Shown here in pieces: positions 1 to 8,035 of a stretch of 64,000 bases of DNA. Origin of the DNA: an uncultured Acidobacteriota bacterium (GTDB lineage: Bacteria; Acidobacteriota; Thermoanaerobaculia; Gp7-AA8). Position 1 is the first letter of the stretch; each line of letters starts with the position of its first letter. The notes beneath the pieces were generated by a model that ran no database searches, was not told the DNA's origin, and was given only the letters and a program-made list of their open reading frames with translations. The stretch spans positions 1,014,682-1,078,681 of the forward strand of contig CAWGEI010000005.1 in assembly GCA_963821585.1 (NCBI GenBank), given 5' to 3'. The position numbers and the translations under genes were made by a program.

Positions 1-181
1 CGCTGGGCGGGACGACATGGTGGCTCGTGTGCCAGGGCTCGCGGCTATGGATCGCAATTGCCGTGGGATCGGTGCTCGCGCTGGCACACTTCGCCAGCGG
101 CGGTCTGCTCGCGCATCGCAGGTAATCGGGAATCGCGCCCGACTCGCTGGGGAGAAGCTCGACGGGTTACGATATTGGCCC

Positions 182-511
182 ATGGCGCAGAAAGATGTGG
201 AGACCATCATCCAGGGACTGCACGCGGAGACGAAGGCGAGATTCGTCGGCCTCTTCGACTACTGGGGCAATGCCATCGCCGCGGTCGGTGACAACGCCGG
301 CTACACCGGCAAGGACATGATCTTCGAGATTCGTCTCGAGCCGGAAGGGGACACGCTGACGACCACCCGCGGCGGGGTCTTCTGCCGCCGCTACCGGATC
401 TGGTTCCGCCCCAACCACGTCCTCGGCTTCCTGCTCAGCGACAAGATGGATGTGGGGCCGGTACGCGACAAGGCGAGGGCGGCGGTCGCGAAGCTGCAGG
501 CGGCGCTCTGA
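182..511 (+). CDS. Hypothetical 109-aa protein, possibly Roadblock/LC7 (MglB-like) fold
   Basis: Start moved to ATG 182 (TACGAT box at 168-173). N-terminal helix, then 'FVGLFDYWGNAIAAVG' beta-hairpin and C-terminal amphipathic helix. Fold assignment is by eye. Confidence 0.55.
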   Translation: MAQKDVETIIQGLHAETKARFVGLFDYWGNAIAAVGDNAGYTGKDMIFEIRLEPEGDTLTTTRGGVFCRRYRIWFRPNHVLGFLLSDKMDVGPVRDKARAAVAKLQAAL

Positions 512-554
512 GGCTGCGGGTGCAGGGGATGGAGCGACAAATGTTGTCAGAATG

Positions 555-919
555 GAGCTGCGCGCAGCTCCTTCAGAGGCAAAATCTGCTCGGTTGGAGC
601 CGATCTCGGCACGAGCGAGCTGAGATCAGCTCCTTCCGAGCTAATTTTGGCTCCATCGGAGCTAATGTTGGCTCGCTCGGAGCCAGATTTGGCTTCAGCG
701 AAGCCGCCGCCGGCTCCAACCTTGCCAAAATTTGGTAGAACCGAGCTACGGCCAGCTCCGTTGGAGCCGAAATCAGCGTCCCAGGAGCCGCTTCCAGCCT
801 GCTCGGGGCAGGATTTACCTCGACAGGAGCCATGGTTGGCTCCGTCGGAGCCAAAATTAGCTCCGACCGAGCCAAAATTAGCTCCAACGCAGCTAAATTT
901 AACTCCGCGGGAGCCAACC
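555..919. repeat. Degenerate 21-bp tandem array (~17 units), consensus GAGCYAAAATTRGCTCCNNNN
   Basis: Units in exact 21-bp phase at 617, 638, 659, 680 ... 869, 890, 911, plus 555, 576, 597. Many units carry a GAGC-N8-GCTC dyad. Confidence 0.85.
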
Positions 920-3900
920 TCACAGCTCCACCTCCGCCACCCCGCCTTCCTGCACCGTCACCCGGGTTTGGTCGACCACGTTCTCTCCCTCTCCCAGCAG
1001 TTGCAGCGTGTACGTTCCCGGTGCGACGGACCGCCACTCCGTCGTACCCGGCCGCGGCGGCAACTCGCGCCACGGCAGTGGAGTGCTGAAGCGGCCATAG
1101 GGGAGGCCGTCCGCGTCGACGAGGCGGATGCGCCGGGCCTCCGCGTGTTTCGACTTCACGAGAATCGTGCCGCCCGGCGTCAGCGCGACCACGCGTGCCG
1201 GGGACGGGGACTGGAGCCGGAGGTTGACCGACGCATACCCATTCGCCGTCACGGCCCCCGTGTAGGACCCTGGTGCGAGCGGCAGCTTCACTTCACCGCT
1301 CTCCGACCCTCTGCCGAACGAGAACGAGGGCTCGTACACCACGCGGTTCTGCGCGTCATACACCCAGATCCAGCCCGCCACCGGCTGCCCGCTCCGCCCG
1401 TCGATCACCTTCAGGATCACCCCTTCGCTCCGCGACAGCTGCACCTGCAGCTCTTCATCGCGCTCGCTCACCGTCACTGCGCGCAGGTCGCTGGCGTAAC
1501 CGTCTTTGGCCGACGTGACGAAGTAGGGTCCCGGCGGAACGGACTCGAGCACGAACGTGCCGGCGGCGTCGGTCGTGGCCCCGCGCGACATGAAGAACGA
1601 CGCGTTCTGCGAGTCCGCGCGGATCTGGATGGACGCATTCGCGAGCGGCTCGCTCGACTCGGCGTCCACCACCGTGCCGCGGACGGAGCCGGTGCGGTAA
1701 TCGATGTCGAACGTCGCCGAGCCGCTCACCGTGCAGGCCGTCGAGTACGGGGTGCCCCCCTGCACGTCGAGCACCTGCACGGTGTACTCCCCCTCCTCGG
1801 CGCCCGTCAGCGAATACAGGCCCTGTTCGTCCGTCGTGGCGCTCGCGTACGTCTGCGCCCGCGTTCCCCGCCGCGGCAGGAACGTGACGTTCGCGCCCGG
1901 GAGCGGTCTCCCGTCGCGCACGACGCGGCCGCGGATGACGATGTCGGTGCGGAAGGTCAGGTCGACGTTCTGCGAGCCGCCGGGCGCCACTTCGATCGTC
2001 TGTACCTGCGACGTTCGCTCCCACGCGACTTCGTGCGAGTCCACCTCCGCCCGGACCGTGACGGTGCCGGTCGGTGCTCCTTCGAGCCGGTAGCTCCCCG
2101 TCGCGTCGACGTTTGCGGTCGCCATGCCGGTGCCGGCGTACGCGCGGACGGTTACCGCGGCCAGTTCCCGCGGAGCAAGGCCGATGACGCGGCCGTGAAT
2201 CGTGGCTCCCTCGCGAATGGTGATGCGCACTTGCTCGTTGCTCGTGATGTCGACGTCTTCCGCGGTTCCCCGGCCGGTGCCGCTCTTGAGCGCGCTGAAC
2301 CGGTAGCGTCCGGGAGGGAGGGTCTCCATCTCGAAGACGCCGCTCGCATTGGTGGTGGCCTCGCTCCCGCCGCGCATCCCGGGACCCCACGCGGAGACGC
2401 GCGCCCCCGGCACCGGCGCACCTGCTTCCGTCACCACCACGCCGGTCACCCGCTGGCCGGCGGTGAGCTTCACGTCGAGCTTCGTCTCCCGTCCCTTCAG
2501 CGTGACCTGCTTCCGTGCGGCGGCATGGGCCGCGTGCGTGAACGCGATCGCTTCCTCGCCGGGCGCGAGTGCTTCGAGCGAGTACTCGCCGTTCGCGTCG
2601 GTGATGGAGGTTGATTCCGGGCCCCACGCCCGGAATGGACGCGTAGGCGACGGCTCGACGCGAACCGACACGTCGGCGAGCGCCGTTCCGTCCGACCCGG
2701 TGACGCGTCCGGTGAGGCGCACGCCCGCATCGAGCGGGAGCTCCACGCCGCTCAGCGCCTTTCCTTCCTCGACCGTGACGTTGAGCCGCGTGCTCGCGTA
2801 ACCGTGCGCGCTCGCTACCAGCGACACCGCACCGGCCGGCACGTTCTCGAGAGTGAACGAGCCGTCCTCGCTGCTGAGCTCTCGCATCTGCGGCGGTCCG
2901 GCCATCATCCCGCCTCGCGAGGTCGACACGCCCGCCTGGAACGACGTCAGCGGCTTGCCGGTGGCCTTGTCGACGACCCGGCCGCTGACCCGGCCGCCGC
3001 CTGGAATCTCGAGCGTGACGTCGCGCGCCGGCGCGGTCAGGCTGCGCGTGTCCTGAATGAAGTCGTCCGCCTTCCATAGCATGACGCGCACGCTGCCCGG
3101 CGCGAGGCCGGAGAGCGTGAACGAGCCGTCCGCACCGGTGACTGCGGCCGCGTTGATCCCGGAGGTGAAGACGTTCACGTTGACCCCCGCGATGCCGGCG
3201 CCGCCGCGCACGACGCGGCCGCTGATCTCGGTGGCCAGCTCCATCGTCGTCTCGACCGAGGGCGCCGCGAGGCGCGACACGCTCTGGGCGCGCACGGTCT
3301 TTGGCGCGTACCCCTCGCGCAGGAAGTTGAAGTCGTAGGTCCCTTCCTCGAGACGGAGCGTGAACGAGCCGTCCGTTCCGGTGCGCACGACGTCCTCCCT
3401 CCCGGCCTGCATTCCGGCAAACATCATCATCGAGTCGTCGCCGCCGCTGGACTCCGCCGTGACGACCGCCACGCCGGAGAGCGGCTCTCCCTTTCCATCC
3501 GTGACGCGCCCTGAGACCGCGATGCCGCCCGGGATCGTCAGGACGAGGCCCGCCTTCCGCTCGCCCGGGGCGAGACGGAACCGCTCGCTCGTCGCTCTCG
3601 GGAAGCCGCGCTTCGTCGCCACGATCTGCAGCGGCTCGTCGGGAGCCACCCGCGTGCTGAAGCGGCCGTCCGGGCCGCTGACCACGGTGTCCCGGCTGCG
3701 CATCATCCGGGCCGGCCCGTCTCTCATGGGAGAGTCGACCTCCTCCGAGGCGACGCCCGCTGCCACGACCGGCCGCTTCTCCTCATCGAGGATCGTGCCG
3801 CTGACGCGCGCCAGCCGCGGGACCGTCAGATCGCGCGCCACCTGCTGTCCCGCCTCGATCGAAAGGTCGGCGTTCGCCGGGTCGTATCCGGGATGGAAGG

Positions 3901-4879
3901 TGTACAGCAGGAACGAGCCCTGCGGAGCCACGATTGAATACGTCCCTTTGGCGTCCGTCTCCGCGGCCAGCGCGTCGCGGTTTGCGCGCGGGGACGTCAA
4001 CCGGACGATGACGCCGGCCACCGGATCCTTCGTCTTCGCGTCCGTGACCCGGCCCGATACTGTAGCCGCCCTGGCGAGCCGCAACGTGTAGTCGCCGGCC
4101 GTCGCGAACGGCAACTGCGCCATCATCGCTCCGCTCCGCGCCGTGACGGTCATCCAGCGCGCCGGCGCGTGCGCGATGGTGAACGCGCCGTCCTCGCCGC
4201 TCTTTGTCATCGGCCACGAGTCGATGGAGAGCGCCGCGCCGGCGACCGGCGTCTTTCCGTCGGGACCGGCCACGCGACCGGTGACCTTGGATCCGGCCGT
4301 GAGCGAAATGGTGAGGTCGCGCTCCGTGGGCTGGTTGAATCCCGGCTTCTCCCCGATCGCATAGTCGGGGTGCACCACCGCGAGCCAGGTCGCACCTTTC
4401 GGATCCGGCGCCTCATACCGCCCCTCGGTGTTCGTCTTCGTCACGTGCTCGTACATCCCGTAATGGATCGCGACCGTCGCGTTCGCAACCGGCTTTCCAT
4501 CGGCAGACGTGATCGCGCCACGGCCCGCCGCGCCTTTGCGCAGGATGACCGCGCCGACCTCTTCATCGCGCTCGATCCGGCCACTATCCGGGACATAGCC
4601 GTTCGCGAGAATGTGCAGCGCCACCACCGCCAGCTTCGGCGACTCGAGCGTGAACGCTCCCTTCGCGTCGGTCTGCGTCGACGCAAGCGTCACCGGCTCC
4701 GGCGTCTCCGACAGCAGCCGCGCGCGCCGCGCCTCCAGTGTTTCGTACGCGCGGATCAGCACCCGCGCGCCCGCGATCGGAGCCCCGTCCGCGTTCATCA
4801 CCGTGCCGGTGACGTCAGCGAATACGGGCGTGACGACGAGGCCGAAGGCCACGAGAACACCACAGAGCTGTGTGCGCAT
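920..4879 (-). CDS. Secreted protein with ~14-15 tandem carboxypeptidase-regulatory-like (CnaB/transthyretin-type) domains
   Basis: Signal peptide MRTQLCGVLVAFGLVVTPVFA from ATG 4879; repeated 'VxGxVxxxxGxP(V/L)xGAxV...T...GxF' modules of ~85-100 aa. Confidence 0.85.
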   Translation of the reverse strand: MRTQLCGVLVAFGLVVTPVFADVTGTVMNADGAPIAGARVLIRAYETLEARRARLLSETPEPVTLASTQTDAKGAFTLESPKLAVVALHILANGYVPDSGRIERDEEVGAVILRKGAAGRGAITSADGKPVANATVAIHYGMYEHVTKTNTEGRYEAPDPKGATWLAVVHPDYAIGEKPGFNQPTERDLTISLTAGSKVTGRVAGPDGKTPVAGAALSIDSWPMTKSGEDGAFTIAHAPARWMTVTARSGAMMAQLPFATAGDYTLRLARAATVSGRVTDAKTKDPVAGVIVRLTSPRANRDALAAETDAKGTYSIVAPQGSFLLYTFHPGYDPANADLSIEAGQQVARDLTVPRLARVSGTILDEEKRPVVAAGVASEEVDSPMRDGPARMMRSRDTVVSGPDGRFSTRVAPDEPLQIVATKRGFPRATSERFRLAPGERKAGLVLTIPGGIAVSGRVTDGKGEPLSGVAVVTAESSGGDDSMMMFAGMQAGREDVVRTGTDGSFTLRLEEGTYDFNFLREGYAPKTVRAQSVSRLAAPSVETTMELATEISGRVVRGGAGIAGVNVNVFTSGINAAAVTGADGSFTLSGLAPGSVRVMLWKADDFIQDTRSLTAPARDVTLEIPGGGRVSGRVVDKATGKPLTSFQAGVSTSRGGMMAGPPQMRELSSEDGSFTLENVPAGAVSLVASAHGYASTRLNVTVEEGKALSGVELPLDAGVRLTGRVTGSDGTALADVSVRVEPSPTRPFRAWGPESTSITDANGEYSLEALAPGEEAIAFTHAAHAAARKQVTLKGRETKLDVKLTAGQRVTGVVVTEAGAPVPGARVSAWGPGMRGGSEATTNASGVFEMETLPPGRYRFSALKSGTGRGTAEDVDITSNEQVRITIREGATIHGRVIGLAPRELAAVTVRAYAGTGMATANVDATGSYRLEGAPTGTVTVRAEVDSHEVAWERTSQVQTIEVAPGGSQNVDLTFRTDIVIRGRVVRDGRPLPGANVTFLPRRGTRAQTYASATTDEQGLYSLTGAEEGEYTVQVLDVQGGTPYSTACTVSGSATFDIDYRTGSVRGTVVDAESSEPLANASIQIRADSQNASFFMSRGATTDAAGTFVLESVPPGPYFVTSAKDGYASDLRAVTVSERDEELQVQLSRSEGVILKVIDGRSGQPVAGWIWVYDAQNRVVYEPSFSFGRGSESGEVKLPLAPGSYTGAVTANGYASVNLRLQSPSPARVVALTPGGTILVKSKHAEARRIRLVDADGLPYGRFSTPLPWRELPPRPGTTEWRSVAPGTYTLQLLGEGENVVDQTRVTVQEGGVAEVEL

Positions 4880-4982
4880 GACATCTATAATGATGCCGAA
4901 AATCATTCCGCGCCATAGGTGGAGAGCGACGGGCGGGCAGCGCGTGGCCAAATGTGCGCTTAGCTGGTGTTAACTTACAGAG

Positions 4983-5549
4983 ATGTCAAAGCATCAGACG
5001 TTGGCGAGCGTTTGTTCTTTCCTGGAAGAAGACAATCTGCTGGGAGCGGCGGATCTTCTGCGGCGCGAGTATCCATTCACCGCCGCCGAAACCGTCGAGC
5101 GTAAGTACGGTGACCACCAAGCATTGAAGGTGTTTCTTCGGGACGGCTTTGTGGATCGCTACTCCGGTGCCCGGTTGGTGTTTCCAGGCGTGCTCCGCGT
5201 TCTCGCGCTGCGGCTGCCGGGAGAGTTTCCGTATCACCCGAATTGGAAGATGACGGAGACGCATCTCGCGTTCTGGGAGCTCTCGCCGACCGTCGATCAC
5301 GTCGTGCCGATTGCTCGGGGAGGTCGGGACGAGGAGAGTAACTGGGTCACGACTTCGATGCTGCGAAACAGTGCGAAAGCGAATTGGACACTCGAAGAGT
5401 TGGGGTGGAGCCTCTTGCCGCCGGGCGACCCGGCTGTGTGGGACGGTCTCCTGACATGGTTCATGCGGTATGTCCGTATTCACCCGGAGCTTCTGCAGAA
5501 CGCAAGAATCGCAGCATGGCGTCGCGCGGGCGTACTGGTCGCAAGTTAA
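4983..5549 (+). CDS. HNH endonuclease family protein
   Basis: TVDHVVPIARGGRDEESNWVTTSMLRNSAKAN matches the HNH motif; preceded by VFLRDGFVDRYSG. Confidence 0.85.
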   Translation: MSKHQTLASVCSFLEEDNLLGAADLLRREYPFTAAETVERKYGDHQALKVFLRDGFVDRYSGARLVFPGVLRVLALRLPGEFPYHPNWKMTETHLAFWELSPTVDHVVPIARGGRDEESNWVTTSMLRNSAKANWTLEELGWSLLPPGDPAVWDGLLTWFMRYVRIHPELLQNARIAAWRRAGVLVAS

Positions 5550-5818
5550 CCACCCGGCATCTCGCAGAGATGATGAGATGTGCCCAAACATGCGGAGCTG
5601 CGACTGATGGCTACCAAAGCACAGAACTCGCTATCCGAGCAACCGATTCCGGAAAGGTAGGGCATGGATATCACTGATAACGAAATAAAAGACGAGCTAT
5701 TCGTTCCTGGAGAACATATATATGGCGACAGCAGAGCTTGCAGCTTGCCAGCTTCTAAGTCAATGGCTCAAGGTGTAGGCGGCGGTGTCAAAACATCAAA
5801 CGACAAGAGGACCGGTAA

Positions 5819-6208
5819 ATGGCGCAAGTAACGCTCTCCACAGGCATACTTCTTCGCGACCCTGCGTCGTTCAATGCTCACGTAGATGTGGGCAACTTCA
5901 GCCCGAGTAGGCAGATGGTTGAAGTTGAAATGTGGGATTGGGGAGTCGATCAGGAATGGGACGCACCCAAACCGATTCCCGTGAGTCCTTCAGGCGCTGT
6001 GATCGTAAACCCGAACACGCTTCGCGCCTTTCTTGCCGTAATCACACAATCAACGGCGCAACCATCACAAAACTTGTCGCACTACGAAGTACGCGTCACG
6101 GTATCCGAAACAAAGAATGTCGTGGTGAACTGTTTCGCGATTGAATCTGGCGGCGCGATCGTGCTTGGAAATACTGTGTTGCATAAGAATCTGGTCGAGA
6201 TAGCTTAA
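5819..6208 (+). CDS. Hypothetical beta-rich protein, 129 aa
   Basis: AGAGGA RBS upstream, natural amino-acid composition, AT-richer codons than the host genes. Confidence 0.6.
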   Translation: MAQVTLSTGILLRDPASFNAHVDVGNFSPSRQMVEVEMWDWGVDQEWDAPKPIPVSPSGAVIVNPNTLRAFLAVITQSTAQPSQNLSHYEVRVTVSETKNVVVNCFAIESGGAIVLGNTVLHKNLVEIA

Positions 6209-6844
6209 GCTGCGGTTCTTGGTCCTCGAGCATCAAACATCGCGATAGCATCCGATGAATCAGTAAGGGGCCAGTGCCAGAACGCCGGTGCCTAGAGTCT
6301 CGTACGCGCTGATCATCGCAGTTGCTGAGCAGGTGATGTCGAGGCGGAGCACCCACTCCATGCTGCTTCCCAATGTGCCAGCTGGTGCGCCTGCTGGATT
6401 GTGGTCCAGCGAAGGTGGGAATCTCTCCAATTCGGGAGGGCCTTGGACCGCGCGCGCCACAACCATGTCGCCTCGAACAGAACGTCTAAGTGCAGCGCCG
6501 CTAACCTCAACGTATCGAAGCTGTCCTTGACGCTCCTACTGCCACGCAGGCCGCTCGCTGCCAGATCCTCAATGCACGTGTACTGAGACGGTGCGGCATC
6601 CGAACCTGAAAGGGTCACTACGTTCGGATAGAAGTGTCGAACTGAGTGTCGGCTGAGCCAGACCGCCCGGTAGAGCTCACCGGGTGTTCCGTGCGCGCGA
6701 CAGATAGCGTCACACCACAGGCGCTATTGCGTGCGGCTTGTTCCACGCGTGAAGACGTCACTCTCAGCATGACCTTCAGTTGCAGAATACCGTTGCGAAA
6801 GCTGGGTGTCGGAAGCTCGTATATCATCCTGCCGAAGATCACTG

Positions 6845-7651
6845 ATGACTGCTGATGAACTACGGGCCGAGATTGTCCGCCTCGGCCCGTGGCACCATGA
6901 TGTGGAGGTCGCACCAGGCGTTCGCACCGGCGAAATCACCCGGTCCATCACTTACGATCCGGCTTTTGGCGAACCGACGATCATTCAGCCGGAGCGGCGG
7001 ATTGCGCAGCTCGTGGAGGAAGTCTTTCCGGAGGGGCTGGCGGGCCGCTCGTTTCTCGATTGCGCGTGCAACGCGGGCGGCTATCTCTTTGCGGCGGTAC
7101 GGAACGGTGCGGGCCGGAGCTTCGGATTCGATGTTCGCGATCACTGGATCCGGCAGGCGCGGTTTCTCGCCGGGCATCTGGCGAGCGACGCGATCGAGTT
7201 CGATACCCGGGATCTGGCGGCGCTTCCCGAACTGGGTCTCGAACGGTTCGACGTCACGCTGTTCAACGGCATCTTCTATCACCTGCCGGATCCCGTCGGC
7301 GGTCTTCGGATCGCGGCTGACCTCACGAACGAACTGCTGATCGTCAACACGGACTGCAAGCCTTCGAAGACCGATACGCTCGTGCTCAACCGGGAGAGCA
7401 CGACCGAGGTGATGTCCGGGGTGCATCGACTGGCGTGGTTGCCGAGCAGCGAACGCGTGCTGCAGGACATCCTGCAGTGGTGTGGCTTTCCGCACACACG
7501 GCTGCGATTTCTCAGGCGAGCGACGGGGGATCGCTATCGGATGGAGATTCTGGCCGCGCGGAGCGCGGACACGTTCGCGCAGTACGACACCTATCGCGCA
7601 GCGCGAAGCGAGGGTCCGGCGCGGCGATGGTTGCGCCGGCTGTTCGGCTGA
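6845..7651 (+). CDS. Class I SAM-dependent methyltransferase (CmoB/DUF1698-like)
   Basis: GPWHHDVEVAPG N-terminus, motif I FLDCACNAGG, FDVTLFNGIFYHLPDP; start at ATG 6845. Confidence 0.85.
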   Translation: MTADELRAEIVRLGPWHHDVEVAPGVRTGEITRSITYDPAFGEPTIIQPERRIAQLVEEVFPEGLAGRSFLDCACNAGGYLFAAVRNGAGRSFGFDVRDHWIRQARFLAGHLASDAIEFDTRDLAALPELGLERFDVTLFNGIFYHLPDPVGGLRIAADLTNELLIVNTDCKPSKTDTLVLNRESTTEVMSGVHRLAWLPSSERVLQDILQWCGFPHTRLRFLRRATGDRYRMEILAARSADTFAQYDTYRAARSEGPARRWLRRLFG

Positions 7652-7674
7652 TTCGAGCGGGCGAACGCAAACGC

Positions 7675-7915
7675 CAGCATCCGCGTGCTGTTGCCAGCAT
7701 TTTTCTGCTGGAATCAGCTCTGTGGAGGTAATTTTTACTCCCGCGGAGCAAATCCCAGCATTTCGGAGCTGATGCCAGCATTTTTCTGCTGATTTTTGCT
7801 TAGCCGGAGGTCTTTCCAGCCCGGTGGAGCGAATTTCAGCATTTTTCTGCTGATTTTTCCTGGAGTGAAGATCTTTCCAGCTCTGTGGAGCGAATTTCAG
7901 CGGCTGCGAGCAAGC
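7675..7915. repeat. Degenerate ~20-bp tandem array (~12 units), core CAGCATTTTTCTGCTG / CAGCYCKGTGGAGC
   Basis: CAGC starts at 7675, 7695, 7715, 7756, 7776, 7817, 7837, 7878, 7898; CAGCATTTTTCTGCTG is exact three times. Confidence 0.8.
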
Positions 7916-7941
7916 CGTAGCAGTTTCACGCGCTCGCTATG

Positions 7942-8035
7942 TGGAGTGCGACGACGGGGAGTCGCCGCTTTCTCATCTTTGCACGCGGACCGCTCCGAAG
8001 ATAAAAAAGCGGCGACTAGTCGTCGCCGCACTCCA
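7942..8035. repeat. REP-like inverted doublet (TGGAGTGCG...CGCCGCTTT / AAAGCGGCG...CGCACTCCA family)
   Basis: Two ~38-bp imperfect inverted arms; overlaps the 3' end and TAG stop of the M14 gene. Confidence 0.8.

Noticed and set aside
555-919. CRISPR array interpretation (also for 7675-7915)
   Set aside because: Units are 20-21 bp, contiguous and degenerate, with no constant repeat plus ~30-nt unique spacer and no cas genes.
647-2614. Long alternative-frame or antisense ORFs (also 8262-10817, 24013-25371, 53221-55716 and others)
   Set aside because: Arg/Ala/Gly-rich shadows of real genes in GC-rich DNA, without recognisable motifs.
4983-7651. HNH plus methyltransferase as a restriction-modification system
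   Set aside because: The methyltransferase lacks DNA MTase motifs (DPPY/NPPY or PC), looks CmoB/small-molecule-like, and lies 1.3 kb away.
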